A stretch of DNA of 64,000 nucleotides, taken from NCBI GenBank assembly GCA_965223705.1, contig OZ245015.1, positions 1,280,001-1,344,000 of the forward strand, in the 5' to 3' direction. This DNA is from Myxococcota bacterium. GTDB lineage: Bacteria > Myxococcota_A > UBA9160 > UBA6930. Each line of letters starts with the position of its first letter. Position 1 is the stretch's first letter. Below are positions 10,387 through 20,100 of this stretch, piece after piece. Below the pieces are notes generated by a model that worked only from the letters and a program-made list of their open reading frames with translations, was not told the origin of the DNA and did no database searches. The position numbers and the translations under genes are program-made.

Positions 10387-10848
10387 ATGAAAACCTTGTT
10401 TGTGGCCGTGCTGGCTTCTTTTCTGGCAACCGCCGCGGGCGCCGAGACCCAGGTTCTCAACACGTTGCCCTTCGCCGTCGACGTGCGAGAGGCCGTTCGG
10501 AGCGAGTGCAAGCTCCAGACGCTGTTGCCCGAATTCATCGAGACGGCGGGAGCCGACATCAAGCTCGTCGGGTCGTTCTCCGGTAACGGGCGGCGGCTCG
10601 AGCTCAAGATCACCGAAGTCCACGCACCCGGTGGCGGCGCGTTCTCCGGTCCGAAATGGATCGAGGTGGTCGGCACGTTGCGGGGCGACGGCAAGCCGAA
10701 AACGTTTCGGGCGAAGCGCTTGTCGACCGGGCTCACCATGCGGGGGACGTGCTCGATCCTCGCACGCGCCGCCAAGGCGACGGGCCTCGATATCGCCGCT
10801 TGGTTGAAAGATCCGAAGGACGGCGCCGAGCTCGGCGACGCCCGGTAA
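10387..10848 (+). CDS. Secreted hypothetical protein
   Basis: N-terminal signal peptide (AAGA), two Cys, host-like codon usage. Confidence 0.7.
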   Translation: MKTLFVAVLASFLATAAGAETQVLNTLPFAVDVREAVRSECKLQTLLPEFIETAGADIKLVGSFSGNGRRLELKITEVHAPGGGAFSGPKWIEVVGTLRGDGKPKTFRAKRLSTGLTMRGTCSILARAAKATGLDIAAWLKDPKDGAELGDAR

Positions 10849-10851
10849 ACC

Positions 10852-12663
10852 TCAGTTCAGCAGGTAGCGCGTTTCGTCGGAAGGCGGCGCAAGCGCGTCC
10901 GCGAGCTCCGAGAGCGTAAACGGCTTGCGTAGATACGCGTCGTAGGAGCGCGGGTCGTTTCGCGAGCGGATATCGGCCTCTCCGACGCCGCTGAAGAGCA
11001 CGATGCGCATGGAAGGCACGGCGGCGCGCATGAGAACCGCAGTCGGCCCGCCGTCGAGACCGGGCATCATCGCGTCGATCAGGGCGCATTCAAAAGGCTG
11101 CTCTGCGCTCTTGACGAGCTCGATGGCCCGCTCTCCGCTGGTCGCGGTGGCGACTTCGTAGCCCAACTGGGTCGCCAGGATTCCCGTCGCTTCGAGCACG
11201 TCTTCGCGATCGTCGACAAGGAGGATCCGACGGGTTTCGCCGCGGAAGTGGGGATCGACCACCCGATCTCGAGACGCTGCGACCGGCTCCTGATCGTGCT
11301 CGGGTAGGTAGATCCGGAACTCGCTGCCCGCGTCGGGGAACGACTCGACTTCGAGGAGCCCCGACGCGCTCGAAACGATGCCCTGAACCGAGGAAAGCCC
11401 GAGGCCGCGGCCGTCGCCTTTGGTGGAAAAGAAGGGATCGAACATGCGCTCGAGAACGGCGCGGCTCATCCCCACGCCGTTGTCGCGGATCGTCAAGCAC
11501 ACGTGCGGGGTTTCGAGCGATACGGCGGCCGAGCCCACCGGCTCGACTTCGGTGCCCGGGGGCGCCACCCGCGTGGAGACAACGATCTCGCCGTCGTTGG
11601 GTCCCACCGCTTCCCGAGCGTTGGAGATCAGGTTGAGCAGGAGCTGCCGGATCCGATTGACGTCCGCAAAAACCGGCCCGATGCGCTCGCTCAAGTTGAA
11701 GCGAAGTTCCGAGCGCCGCGAAGTCGCGGCCTCGAGGAGGGGATAGGTCTCGCGGATCAACGCATTCAGGTCCGCGGGCCGCACCATGAGCGCACGGCCG
11801 CCGACGTAGGTGAGGAGCTGCTCGCACAGCGCAGCAGCCTGCTCCGACGCGCCCGAGATCGCTTTCGCCGATTCGAGGATCTTCGGATCGGCCTCGGTCT
11901 GTAAGCCGATCCGCTCGGCGTGGGCCAGGATGACCGACAGCAGGTTGTTGAAATCGTGTGCGACGCCGCCCGCCAAGACGCCGAGGCTCTCAAACTTCTG
12001 AGCTCGCAGCGCCCCTTCGATCGCCATGCGTCGGCGGCTCGCCAACGTGTAGAAATGCCAGGCGACGCGGTTTCTCGCCAAGTAGAAGCCGGTTCCGAAG
12101 AACGCGAAGGTCAGCGTGATCCACACGGCCGCGGCGTCGACCGGCCGCCCCGAGGCATAGAGCGAGATGCCGAAGAAGGTCGCCTGGGTTGCGCAAGCCA
12201 GGAAGATCCACTTGGGCTCGGCGAAGAAGACACAGGTGCCGAGGGCGACCATGGCAAAGGCCGCGGAAACATACGGATCGGGGACGGTTGCCAAGTGAAG
12301 CGCCGTCCCGACCGCGCCCCACAACGTGACGAGGTACGCCGCCCGGTGAGCCGCCCCTTCGGTCAACGGGTTTTGTCGCCAATAGATCCCCGCCCCGAGC
12401 GTCGCCACGAAGCTGCCGACGCACCAGAGGACGAGCCGCCCGCTGCCCGCAACGTCGCGCAAGAGCCAGAAGCCGATGGCGAAGACGTAGAACGCGGCCA
12501 TCAAGAAGCAGATGTTCGGAAGCCCGGCCCCCAATGCCCGTGACACAACACGACGCATGGCGGGCTTGAGGACGAAGATTTCGCTCAAGCTCGGCGAACT
12601 TTCGGAGATAGCGCGCTCAAAATTGGCGGCGCTGTCTGCGGAAGAAGACCACGAAGAGGTCAC
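10852..12663 (-). CDS. Membrane hybrid sensor histidine kinase/response regulator
   Basis: N-terminal TMs; GGVAHDFNNLL H-box, NLISNAREA, DNGVGM, FDPFFSTK, GRGLGL; C-terminal receiver (LLVDD, D, KPF); start could be 12558. Confidence 0.9.
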   Translation of the reverse strand: MTSSWSSSADSAANFERAISESSPSLSEIFVLKPAMRRVVSRALGAGLPNICFLMAAFYVFAIGFWLLRDVAGSGRLVLWCVGSFVATLGAGIYWRQNPLTEGAAHRAAYLVTLWGAVGTALHLATVPDPYVSAAFAMVALGTCVFFAEPKWIFLACATQATFFGISLYASGRPVDAAAVWITLTFAFFGTGFYLARNRVAWHFYTLASRRRMAIEGALRAQKFESLGVLAGGVAHDFNNLLSVILAHAERIGLQTEADPKILESAKAISGASEQAAALCEQLLTYVGGRALMVRPADLNALIRETYPLLEAATSRRSELRFNLSERIGPVFADVNRIRQLLLNLISNAREAVGPNDGEIVVSTRVAPPGTEVEPVGSAAVSLETPHVCLTIRDNGVGMSRAVLERMFDPFFSTKGDGRGLGLSSVQGIVSSASGLLEVESFPDAGSEFRIYLPEHDQEPVAASRDRVVDPHFRGETRRILLVDDREDVLEATGILATQLGYEVATATSGERAIELVKSAEQPFECALIDAMMPGLDGGPTAVLMRAAVPSMRIVLFSGVGEADIRSRNDPRSYDAYLRKPFTLSELADALAPPSDETRYLLN

Positions 12664-12739
12664 AGGACTAGACTCTTACGATCATACGGACCCGCTTGGG
12701 CAGTTCATAACCCGTGTTACTCCGAAAAGCACGCGCTTC

Positions 12740-13306
12740 TCAGAATGCGTTCGGCGCCACCCCGATCACCATGGGATGCAACGCAAACAAGATCGCGAAA
12801 GCGACGACACCCGCGACGATTGCTTGCGCGTCGGAGCGCCACGGCACGATCTCGGGCTTCTGCCACGGGCCGTCGCGCCGGTTGAGAAGGACGATCATCA
12901 GGATCGCCCACAAACCGAGAGCGCCGAAGAGGACGACCGAACGCTGTTCGCCGTTCGCGAGCAAGTGGGCAACGGCCCAGAGAGCCACACCGAGAAGCTG
13001 CGGGTGACGCACGAGCCGCTTGAGGTTCGTCTTGAGATTTGACGCGATGAAGAGCACCACCGCTGGGACCATCAGGACGTTTGCGGCGGTGCGTCCAAAG
13101 CTCGGCGGCGCATAGACGAACTCCGGCGCGACGCTGCGCCAGCCCCAGATGATGAGCGCGAGGCCCGCCGCGACCGTGAGCGCAAAGAGCCCCTTGTAGG
13201 GCCCCTCGCCGAGCGCTCCGGTGAGTTGCCGCCGGAGGCCCGGCAGCGCCGCGGGAATGAGGTGCACCGCGGCCCAGATCGCTGCGCCCAGGGTGAGAAG
13301 CTCCAT
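12740..13306 (-). CDS. NnrU family membrane protein
   Basis: VRHPQLLGVALWAVAHLLANG and LHP.VIGV motifs; GGAGGAGG Shine-Dalgarno. Confidence 0.88.
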   Translation of the reverse strand: MELLTLGAAIWAAVHLIPAALPGLRRQLTGALGEGPYKGLFALTVAAGLALIIWGWRSVAPEFVYAPPSFGRTAANVLMVPAVVLFIASNLKTNLKRLVRHPQLLGVALWAVAHLLANGEQRSVVLFGALGLWAILMIVLLNRRDGPWQKPEIVPWRSDAQAIVAGVVAFAILFALHPMVIGVAPNAF

Positions 13307-13386
13307 ACCTCCTCCATATGATGCACGAAACCCGTCGCCGGGGAAGGGCGGGCGACGGGGTACACTTAGGGGCCGAGGGAGAACCC

Positions 13387-14442
13387 ATGCCCTTCATCGA
13401 GACGATTCCGCCCAGGCAAGCCACCGGCGAAGCCGCCGAGGTCTACCGCTACATGGAGCAGGTGGGCGGGTCGAAGCGCGTCGCGAACATCGTGCAGGTC
13501 GCGAGCCTCCGCGCGGGCTCCATGCGCCGCATGATCCGCACGTGGGAGCTCGCCATGTGGGTCGGCGATGTTCCGCGCGCGTCTCGCGAGTTCGTCGCCG
13601 CCGCCGTCTCGCGCTACGCCGATTGCCATTACTGAACCGACGGCCACGAGGCCTTCCTGCAGGCTGCAGGAGGAGATGCCGATCGGGTGGCGAAGCTCCT
13701 CGACGGAAGCGCGCCGGACGCGACGCCCCTCGAGGAGGCCTTGATTCGCCTGGTGCGCAAGGCGCACGAGGAAGCCCGCGCCCTCGAACCGGCCGATCTC
13801 GACCCGCTGCGCCGCTTGGTGGGCGCCGACGCGATCGACTACGCGTTCGTGCTCGCGTCCTTCCACTGGATCAACCGCATCGCGGATCTTCTCAACGTGG
13901 CTTCTGAGCTGCCCGTTCCCCGGCGGTTCGAGCCGCTCCGCCGCCTCGGGACGCGCGTCGCGAGCATCGCCATGCGCGCCACCATGGATCTCGCGAACCG
14001 CCCCTACGAGAAGAGCTACGACCAGGTGCTGAAGGAGCATCACGTGGTGTTCGAGCGCGGGTTGGGGCACCCCCCGGGCGATGATTTCGCGAGCGTGGCG
14101 GAGCGCCCGAAGATCATCGAAGCCACGGCCTTGATGCTCGAGGAGCAGCAGCGCCGCACGGGCTTGGCGCCCGGCATCCAGCGGCTCGCGATCGAAGTGA
14201 CCGAGGCGTCACTCCCAGAAACCGCGGATGACGTCACGGGCTTCCACGTGCGCCCCGGGAACCCGGTGGAAGCGTTCGCGTTTGTCGGGACGCGCTACGC
14301 GAGCCGCACGACGAAAGCCATGATCGATGCGTTGCGCGGGGTCGGTTACGACGATCGGGGCATTCTCGATCTCGCCATCGCGGTGGCCGACGCCAACCTG
14401 TGGGCCCGCCTGCGGAGGCTCCTCGCGCTGCCCCGCTTCTAG
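13387..14442 (+). CDS. AhpD/carboxymuconolactone-decarboxylase-like peroxidase, probable selenoprotein (CHYU, Sec at codon 83)
   Basis: ORFs 13318-13635 and 13687-14442 are one frame broken only by TGA 13633-13635, in REFVAAAVSRYADCHY-U-TDGH, where AhpD has CxxCxxxH. Confidence 0.82.
13652..13673 (+). promoter_or_regulatory. Bacterial SECIS-like hairpin
   Basis: CCT-(T bulge)-CCTGCA-[GGC]-TGCAGG-AGG stem-loop; the G-starting loop lies 26 nt after the UGA. Confidence 0.7.
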
Positions 14443-14444
14443 CC

Positions 14445-16448
14445 CTAGCGCCCCGAGAGGGTCTTGTGCCGGCGTTCGATCTCGAGGAAAAGCCGCTCGA
14501 AGCGCTCGCGGCTCTCTTTGCTGAAGATGCTCTGCGGGTTGCGGCCGGCGATGCGCAGCAGGAGCCGCGCCGGGCGTGTGCGCTGGAAGCGGATGCTGAG
14601 CTTCGCCAGGGCCTGCTCGTAGCGCGCGACGAAGCGCGGCACCGAGGTGTCCGGCTCGAGCTCTCGGCCGTCGAGCTCTTTCTGGTACGCGAAGCGCACG
14701 AACCGGTCGTAGACCGCCTCGTCAAACAAGTCTTCGACGTCGGCCGCCGCCTGCTCGTTTTCGGGGAAGCCGCAGCCCACCTGCACGATGTGCGGGTTCG
14801 CTTCGAGGCCGGCCTCGGAGATCTCGTCCATCCACTCTTCGTCGATCTCGTTGACGAGAATCACCGAGCGCTTGAGGCCATCACCCACGATCGACGTCCA
14901 CACCGGCAGCGCAAACGCGCCGCCCGAAGGCGTGACCACCAGGTCGCGGGGCAGGGCGGGCCGGCCCTTCTCGGCCAAATAATCGGAAACCGCCTGCAAG
15001 TACCAGAAATCGCTCATCGATTCGACGATGAGGCGCGGCGCGTCGCCGAAGAGCTTCTTCGCGACCTCGCTCTCGCCCCCGCCCGCCAGCGTGACGGGCG
15101 GCGTATCGAAGCCTTCGGGCTCGCCTTCGCGGACGATCGTGCCGAGCTCGGCGTCGATCTCCGTCACCCGCACGGCGCCGTCGTCATCGTCCGGAATGAG
15201 GAACGGCGACTGCGTCGTCAGGATGATCTGGTTCTCGAAGTCTTCGCGCAGGTGGCGCAGCAAATCGCGCTGGCCGTTTTCGTGGAGGCACGTGCCCGGC
15301 CCGTCGAGGAGCAGCACCGCGTCTTTCGTGCTGCCCTCTTTCGCGCCCGCCGCGAACATCACCCAGAAGGAGAAGAACCAGCGGAAGCCGCGGCTCCGCT
15401 GATCGAGGTTGACCTCGACGTCGCAGAACGCCGTCGGGTCGGAGATGATCGTGTTGAAGTGCTTGCCGTCGAGATCGAACCGCACCTTGAGCGGGCGATC
15501 CGTCCACAGCTCGCGCAGGCGGCGCGTCATCGCGGCGCTGGCGCGCCCCACCATCTGGCGCCGCACGTCCGGCTCGCCGTTCAGCAGCGTTTCGAGATCT
15601 TCCGTCGTAATGCCCGACATCGATAGCAGCATGCGGAAGTAGTGCTCTTTCGCTTCGAGCTGCCCGTCGCGGAGCTTCGTGACGAACTGCGCCAGATCCT
15701 GGCGCCCGTCGATCTCGGGGAACGTGTCCAAGTAGAGGAGCCGCGGCAGGTGATCGCGCACCCACTGGGCCGCCACCGCTTCGTCATCTTCTTCCATCGA
15801 GCAACTGGCCGCGAGATCCATCAGCTCTTGCAGGGCCGCGCGCGTCTCGTCGTCGACCACCACATCGCCGCGCCCCACCGGCTCTTGCACCGCCGAAAGC
15901 GCTTCGGCCACGCCGCGCCCCCAGTCATCGGCCGGCGCGTTGTGCAGGGCCGTCGCGTGGTGCAAGCGATGAAGCGCTTCTTGCCACGCCTGGTAGGACT
16001 GCTGGTCCGCACCCGCCACCTGCGCCGTGCGCACGTGCTCGAGGATCTCTTTCGCGCGCTCGACCGGCGGGCCCGCGGCTCCGCCGCCTTCGCCAATGTT
16101 CACGCGAAGCCCTGCGTTGTAACCGCGCGACACTTCCACCTGGGCGAGATCGCGGCCCGGTGCATACACCTCGGCCAGCGCCTCGCGCTCGTGATCTTCG
16201 AGCGCCCAGACCGCGCGGACGACCGGGTCGTTCTCCGCGTGATCCGTGCTCGCGAGGTCGGCGGGGAAATCGCGCGTCAACGCGAGCGGCTGAGCCACCA
16301 TCTCGCGATCGAGCATCCGCAAGGCCTGTAGGAGGTTCGTCTTACCCGCTTCGTTGCGCCCAACGAACGCCGTCAAATCGCCGACCGAGACCCAGCCCGA
16401 ATCCTTGACGCTGCGGAAGTTGGTGACGCGGAATTTTTCGAGCTTCAT
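14445..16448 (-). CDS. OLD-family ABC-type ATPase with TOPRIM-like C-terminus; catalytic motifs degenerate
   Basis: NFRSV, Walker A GRNEAGKT, signature RSRGFRWFFSF, Walker B variant LLLDGP, H-loop variant TTQSP, LIVES..D. Confidence 0.75.
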   Translation of the reverse strand: MKLEKFRVTNFRSVKDSGWVSVGDLTAFVGRNEAGKTNLLQALRMLDREMVAQPLALTRDFPADLASTDHAENDPVVRAVWALEDHEREALAEVYAPGRDLAQVEVSRGYNAGLRVNIGEGGGAAGPPVERAKEILEHVRTAQVAGADQQSYQAWQEALHRLHHATALHNAPADDWGRGVAEALSAVQEPVGRGDVVVDDETRAALQELMDLAASCSMEEDDEAVAAQWVRDHLPRLLYLDTFPEIDGRQDLAQFVTKLRDGQLEAKEHYFRMLLSMSGITTEDLETLLNGEPDVRRQMVGRASAAMTRRLRELWTDRPLKVRFDLDGKHFNTIISDPTAFCDVEVNLDQRSRGFRWFFSFWVMFAAGAKEGSTKDAVLLLDGPGTCLHENGQRDLLRHLREDFENQIILTTQSPFLIPDDDDGAVRVTEIDAELGTIVREGEPEGFDTPPVTLAGGGESEVAKKLFGDAPRLIVESMSDFWYLQAVSDYLAEKGRPALPRDLVVTPSGGAFALPVWTSIVGDGLKRSVILVNEIDEEWMDEISEAGLEANPHIVQVGCGFPENEQAAADVEDLFDEAVYDRFVRFAYQKELDGRELEPDTSVPRFVARYEQALAKLSIRFQRTRPARLLLRIAGRNPQSIFSKESRERFERLFLEIERRHKTLSGR

Positions 16449-16584
16449 ATTTCCCCGCGGGTATTCAGTTCTCCCGGCTCGGTATTTCTACTCGGAAAAT
16501 CGAGCGCAGGAGTTGAGTCATCAACGTCTTTTTCCACGAATTTCCCCGACCGAACGTCGGCCCGGGAGCACGTAGAATGTCCCT

Positions 16585-17130
16585 ATGCACACAGTCCTTG
16601 TTGTGGACGACAGTCCTTCGGCGCGACGGCTGATCGAAGATCGCCTCGCCACAAACGGCCTTGATGTTTGTCCGGCGAGCGACGGACACGAAGCGCTCGA
16701 ATTAATTGCAGAAAGGCATTTCGATCTGATCGTTACTGACCAGCGTATGCCTGGGATTGACGGCCTTAGCCTGGTGGAGCGGGTCCGAACCTTCTCCGCC
16801 GTGCCGATTGTCGTGCTTACCGCCTATCCGACCGTCGAAAAATGTGAGCGAGCGCTTTTGCTAGGTGCTTCGCGATATTTGGACTTGCGCAACCTAGATC
16901 AGCTACCCGTCGTCGCCACGGAGTTGATCGACGGCACTTCGGAGCCTGCTGTGATCGAAGTCGCCCCTGTCACCGTGTCGAGTTCTCGGAAGGCGCGAGA
17001 CGAGGAACTACGCAGCACACTGGAGCGACTGCTCAGAAGGACCCGCGGAAACATAAGCCAAGTAGCGGTATTCCTAAACAAAGACAGGACGACCGTTCTT
17101 TACCACCTGAGGCGACTTGGCCTTTACTAG
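16585..17130 (+). CDS. Response regulator (receiver + Fis-type HTH, no AAA+ domain)
   Basis: VLVVDD, TDQRMPGIDG, VLTAY; C-terminal RGNISQVAVFLNKDRTTVLYHL. Confidence 0.85.
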   Translation: MHTVLVVDDSPSARRLIEDRLATNGLDVCPASDGHEALELIAERHFDLIVTDQRMPGIDGLSLVERVRTFSAVPIVVLTAYPTVEKCERALLLGASRYLDLRNLDQLPVVATELIDGTSEPAVIEVAPVTVSSSRKARDEELRSTLERLLRRTRGNISQVAVFLNKDRTTVLYHLRRLGLY

Positions 17131-20100
17131 CCTTCTGAGATGGGAGGTGGCACGGCATGGGGTTTTATTGGCGGCGCCTCTAGCATCGCTCTTATTCCTC
17201 ACAGTGGAGACGGGTTTCGTCGGGGTTATGGGGAAATCCCATGGAGATGTTCAGTCATTAAAGAATGACCTAGACACTTACGGTCGCGGATACTCGATTG
17301 TTGCAATGACCGCGCGGACCGACACCAGCAGTGCGCGCGCAGAGCCTTTGCGCGAGGAACTTTCATCACTGGCCGGTGTTTCCGAGGTCACGTTGATCGA
17401 GTCGGCTGCGAACATTGGCTTCCTCATCGAGTTGTCCAACCTCGATCAAGCGGATAGCACGATCTCACATATCGAGACGGTTGGGTCGGAGGTCGGGCTG
17501 CTCTTGTCTGGAACACCGGCAGAATTCGCTATGGCCGGTCGAGAAATAACCGAGATCGGCACGCGGCTTACCGGCGCATTGATCATCGTCGTCCTGGGTG
17601 TCGGGGCCGCGTCTCTTGGGCGGCTCTCCGCACTGGCGATGCTAGCTTGGACTTGCGTCGTTGGCGTTCTCTGGTCGATTGCCGGTTTAGTGTTCGTCGG
17701 ATCTAGCTGGAACGAAGTTTCTCACCTTGGCCCCGTGCTAGTCCTGTGTTTTCTGGTTCCGACCGGTTTCATCTGCCTTCGGTCCGGTCCGGGAGACACC
17801 CACCAGTTTGTTCCTCGCATTAAGGCTCTGTCAGCCGCCTTCGTCATTTGCCTGGCTACCTTTTTTCTCGTCTCTCCACTTGAAGGTTTTCGGTCCGCGG
17901 GCCTCGCGAGCGTGGTCGGAGTTTCATCCGGCCTGTTGGCCTTGGATGCGCGCCGCAGGTTTCGAGGAGAGTTTCGCGATTGGCTTCCTAGTCAGCCCCG
18001 TTCCGGACTACTCGTGGTCGGAGCTTTGGGATTGATCGCTCTCCTGTTTTTCTCTGGGAGAGGGCTGCAAAGTTTCGAGGTTGAGATCGACAAGCTGAGA
18101 CTGATCGGCGAACACACCTCTGTCGCAAGGAATACTGCGACCATCCATGACGCGCTGGGTTTTAGCGAGGTCGCGCACTTTGTGTCCCTAGATAACGGGA
18201 GAGCCGAGTTCTCTTATCGCCTAGTACATGTTCCTCGACAGGGAGACAGGCGAGAGTTTTTGGAGCCTCGTCGAACTGAAGATCTGGGAGTACCCAGTGG
18301 GGCATTTCCTATCTATACGCGGCTAGTGGATGAAGTCGTTTCATCAAGCCGTCTAGTTGCGCTGGGCGCGATTGTCGTCACGTTGGCGTTCGTACCCCTT
18401 CTCCTATGGGGCAAAACGGCTAGCGGGGCTGACCGAGTTGTCCCCGGTGTTTCGATCTTTTTGCCGTTGGCCGCCGGAATAGGTGCATGCGTCGGAGCTT
18501 TGTCACTACTCGGCGGACGAATCGATGTGGGGAGCATGTGGGCCGTGTTCTTGACGGCCGTCTACGCTGGCTTCGGGGCATCGGCTCTCGCAGTGGCTCG
18601 TGATACCTCCACGACTCGCTGTTGTGTGCAAGGACTAACCGAGTCCGGACTAGTGCTGGGCTTCGGGTTCCTCGCTTTCGCGGCGAGCCCGTGGAGAACT
18701 GTTGCGGAGGCTGGGCTCGTCACCGCAGCAGGGGTTGCAGGAACTTCGGTTTCGTTTCTCCTCATTGCCGAGACCTGCTTGGGCACTCGCGGCTCGAACC
18801 TAAAGCGGGCTCGAAGCTTCACGATCGTGATCTTGTTGATTGCTGCGTTCATCGCGGGATTCAAGACCGCGACAGTTGATCCTCAGGTTGTTTGGGAGAA
18901 ATTGACTGGTTTGGGTGCGGTCTTGGTTGCGACCGGGTTGTGGCAGGTGCTGGTTGCACTCAGGACCCCGAGGTCGCAGCATAGTCCGGTCTTAGTCGGG
19001 ATAGGGGGCCTCACTATCTGCGGGGCCGTTCTGCCGGGCTATTTCGTGGCAATTGGTGTGGCCTTCCTCGCTGTGGTCTCGCTGCGCAGATACGCTCCAA
19101 CAGCTCGCGGTGGAGCCAGTTGGGTGCTCATGGCGTGCGTTGCTATCACGTACACCGCTGAGGCCTCGAATGGAGAGAGTTCGGGGCTTATTACTTCACT
19201 GGCAGTCAGCCTGGGCGCACTAGCGTTTATGGCCGGTCAGGTCGAAGAACTGATCCACGGCAAACCGGTATTTCTCCGCGGGCAGGTCATCGTCTCTACA
19301 TTGCTAGCCCTAGCCCCATTGGTCGTATGCGCCGCCGTGCCTCGAATGGATAGCGAGACAGCGTTTCTCGCCGCTGCGGCGCCTGGACTGGGACTCGGTT
19401 TCTCGACTTTGACGTCCGCATGGCGTCGAGGTGGAGAGGGCTTTGAACTCGCTGTTGGTGTAGCCGGAGCGTTCCTTGCGGCGCTCGCTAGTTCCGCACT
19501 CTTGATTGAGTCATCTCCGGCTACCGAACCACTCCTGTCCGCTCTCGCGCCTTTCCTCGCCGTTTTTGGAGGTCTTGCGATATGGCTCCTGCTAAGGCCA
19601 GGTTTTCCCACAGTTTCAGATCAAGTTTCGAATGCCCGGGAGCGCTACTTGGAATCGACAGCGGCCTTGGTCGAGGATCGAGATTTAGCGCTTGCGGCAG
19701 AACAAATCTGCGGAGATCTGATCGGGTATCCAGTATGCGTCGATGTATCACAATGGAAGGCAACTCTCTCAACGTCCGCTGTTGCAGCGGCTGTTGAGGC
19801 CAACGTTGGGAACCTCCAAGCACGGTTAACGGTAGAGGCCCAAAAAGAGCTATCCGCGCTTCAGCGACGTCTATGTAAGTGCGTTTTGGCGGAATGCCTT
19901 AGGAGAATCCAGGCGAGCCGCGCATGCGAAGAGGCTGTCCGCAGCCAGTCCGATACCGCAATTCATGCGCTCACTGAAAGACACGACCTAAGGAAGGCGT
20001 TGCTTGTCGCGGCCGCTTATCTCGAGTCCGACGAGCAAACTCCGGATCGGGTACTTAGAGCAAGGGAGGCAGTCGAGGAGTCTCTAAGATTGGTGGACTA

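Noticed and set aside
13318..14442. Two separate genes or a nonsense pseudogene
   Set aside because: The stop falls exactly on the catalytic Cys position and is followed by a SECIS-like hairpin, so Sec read-through fits better
14445..16448. Complete Gabija/PARIS/Septu-type defence system
   Set aside because: No partner helicase, nuclease or toxin gene is adjacent, and the catalytic motifs are degenerate
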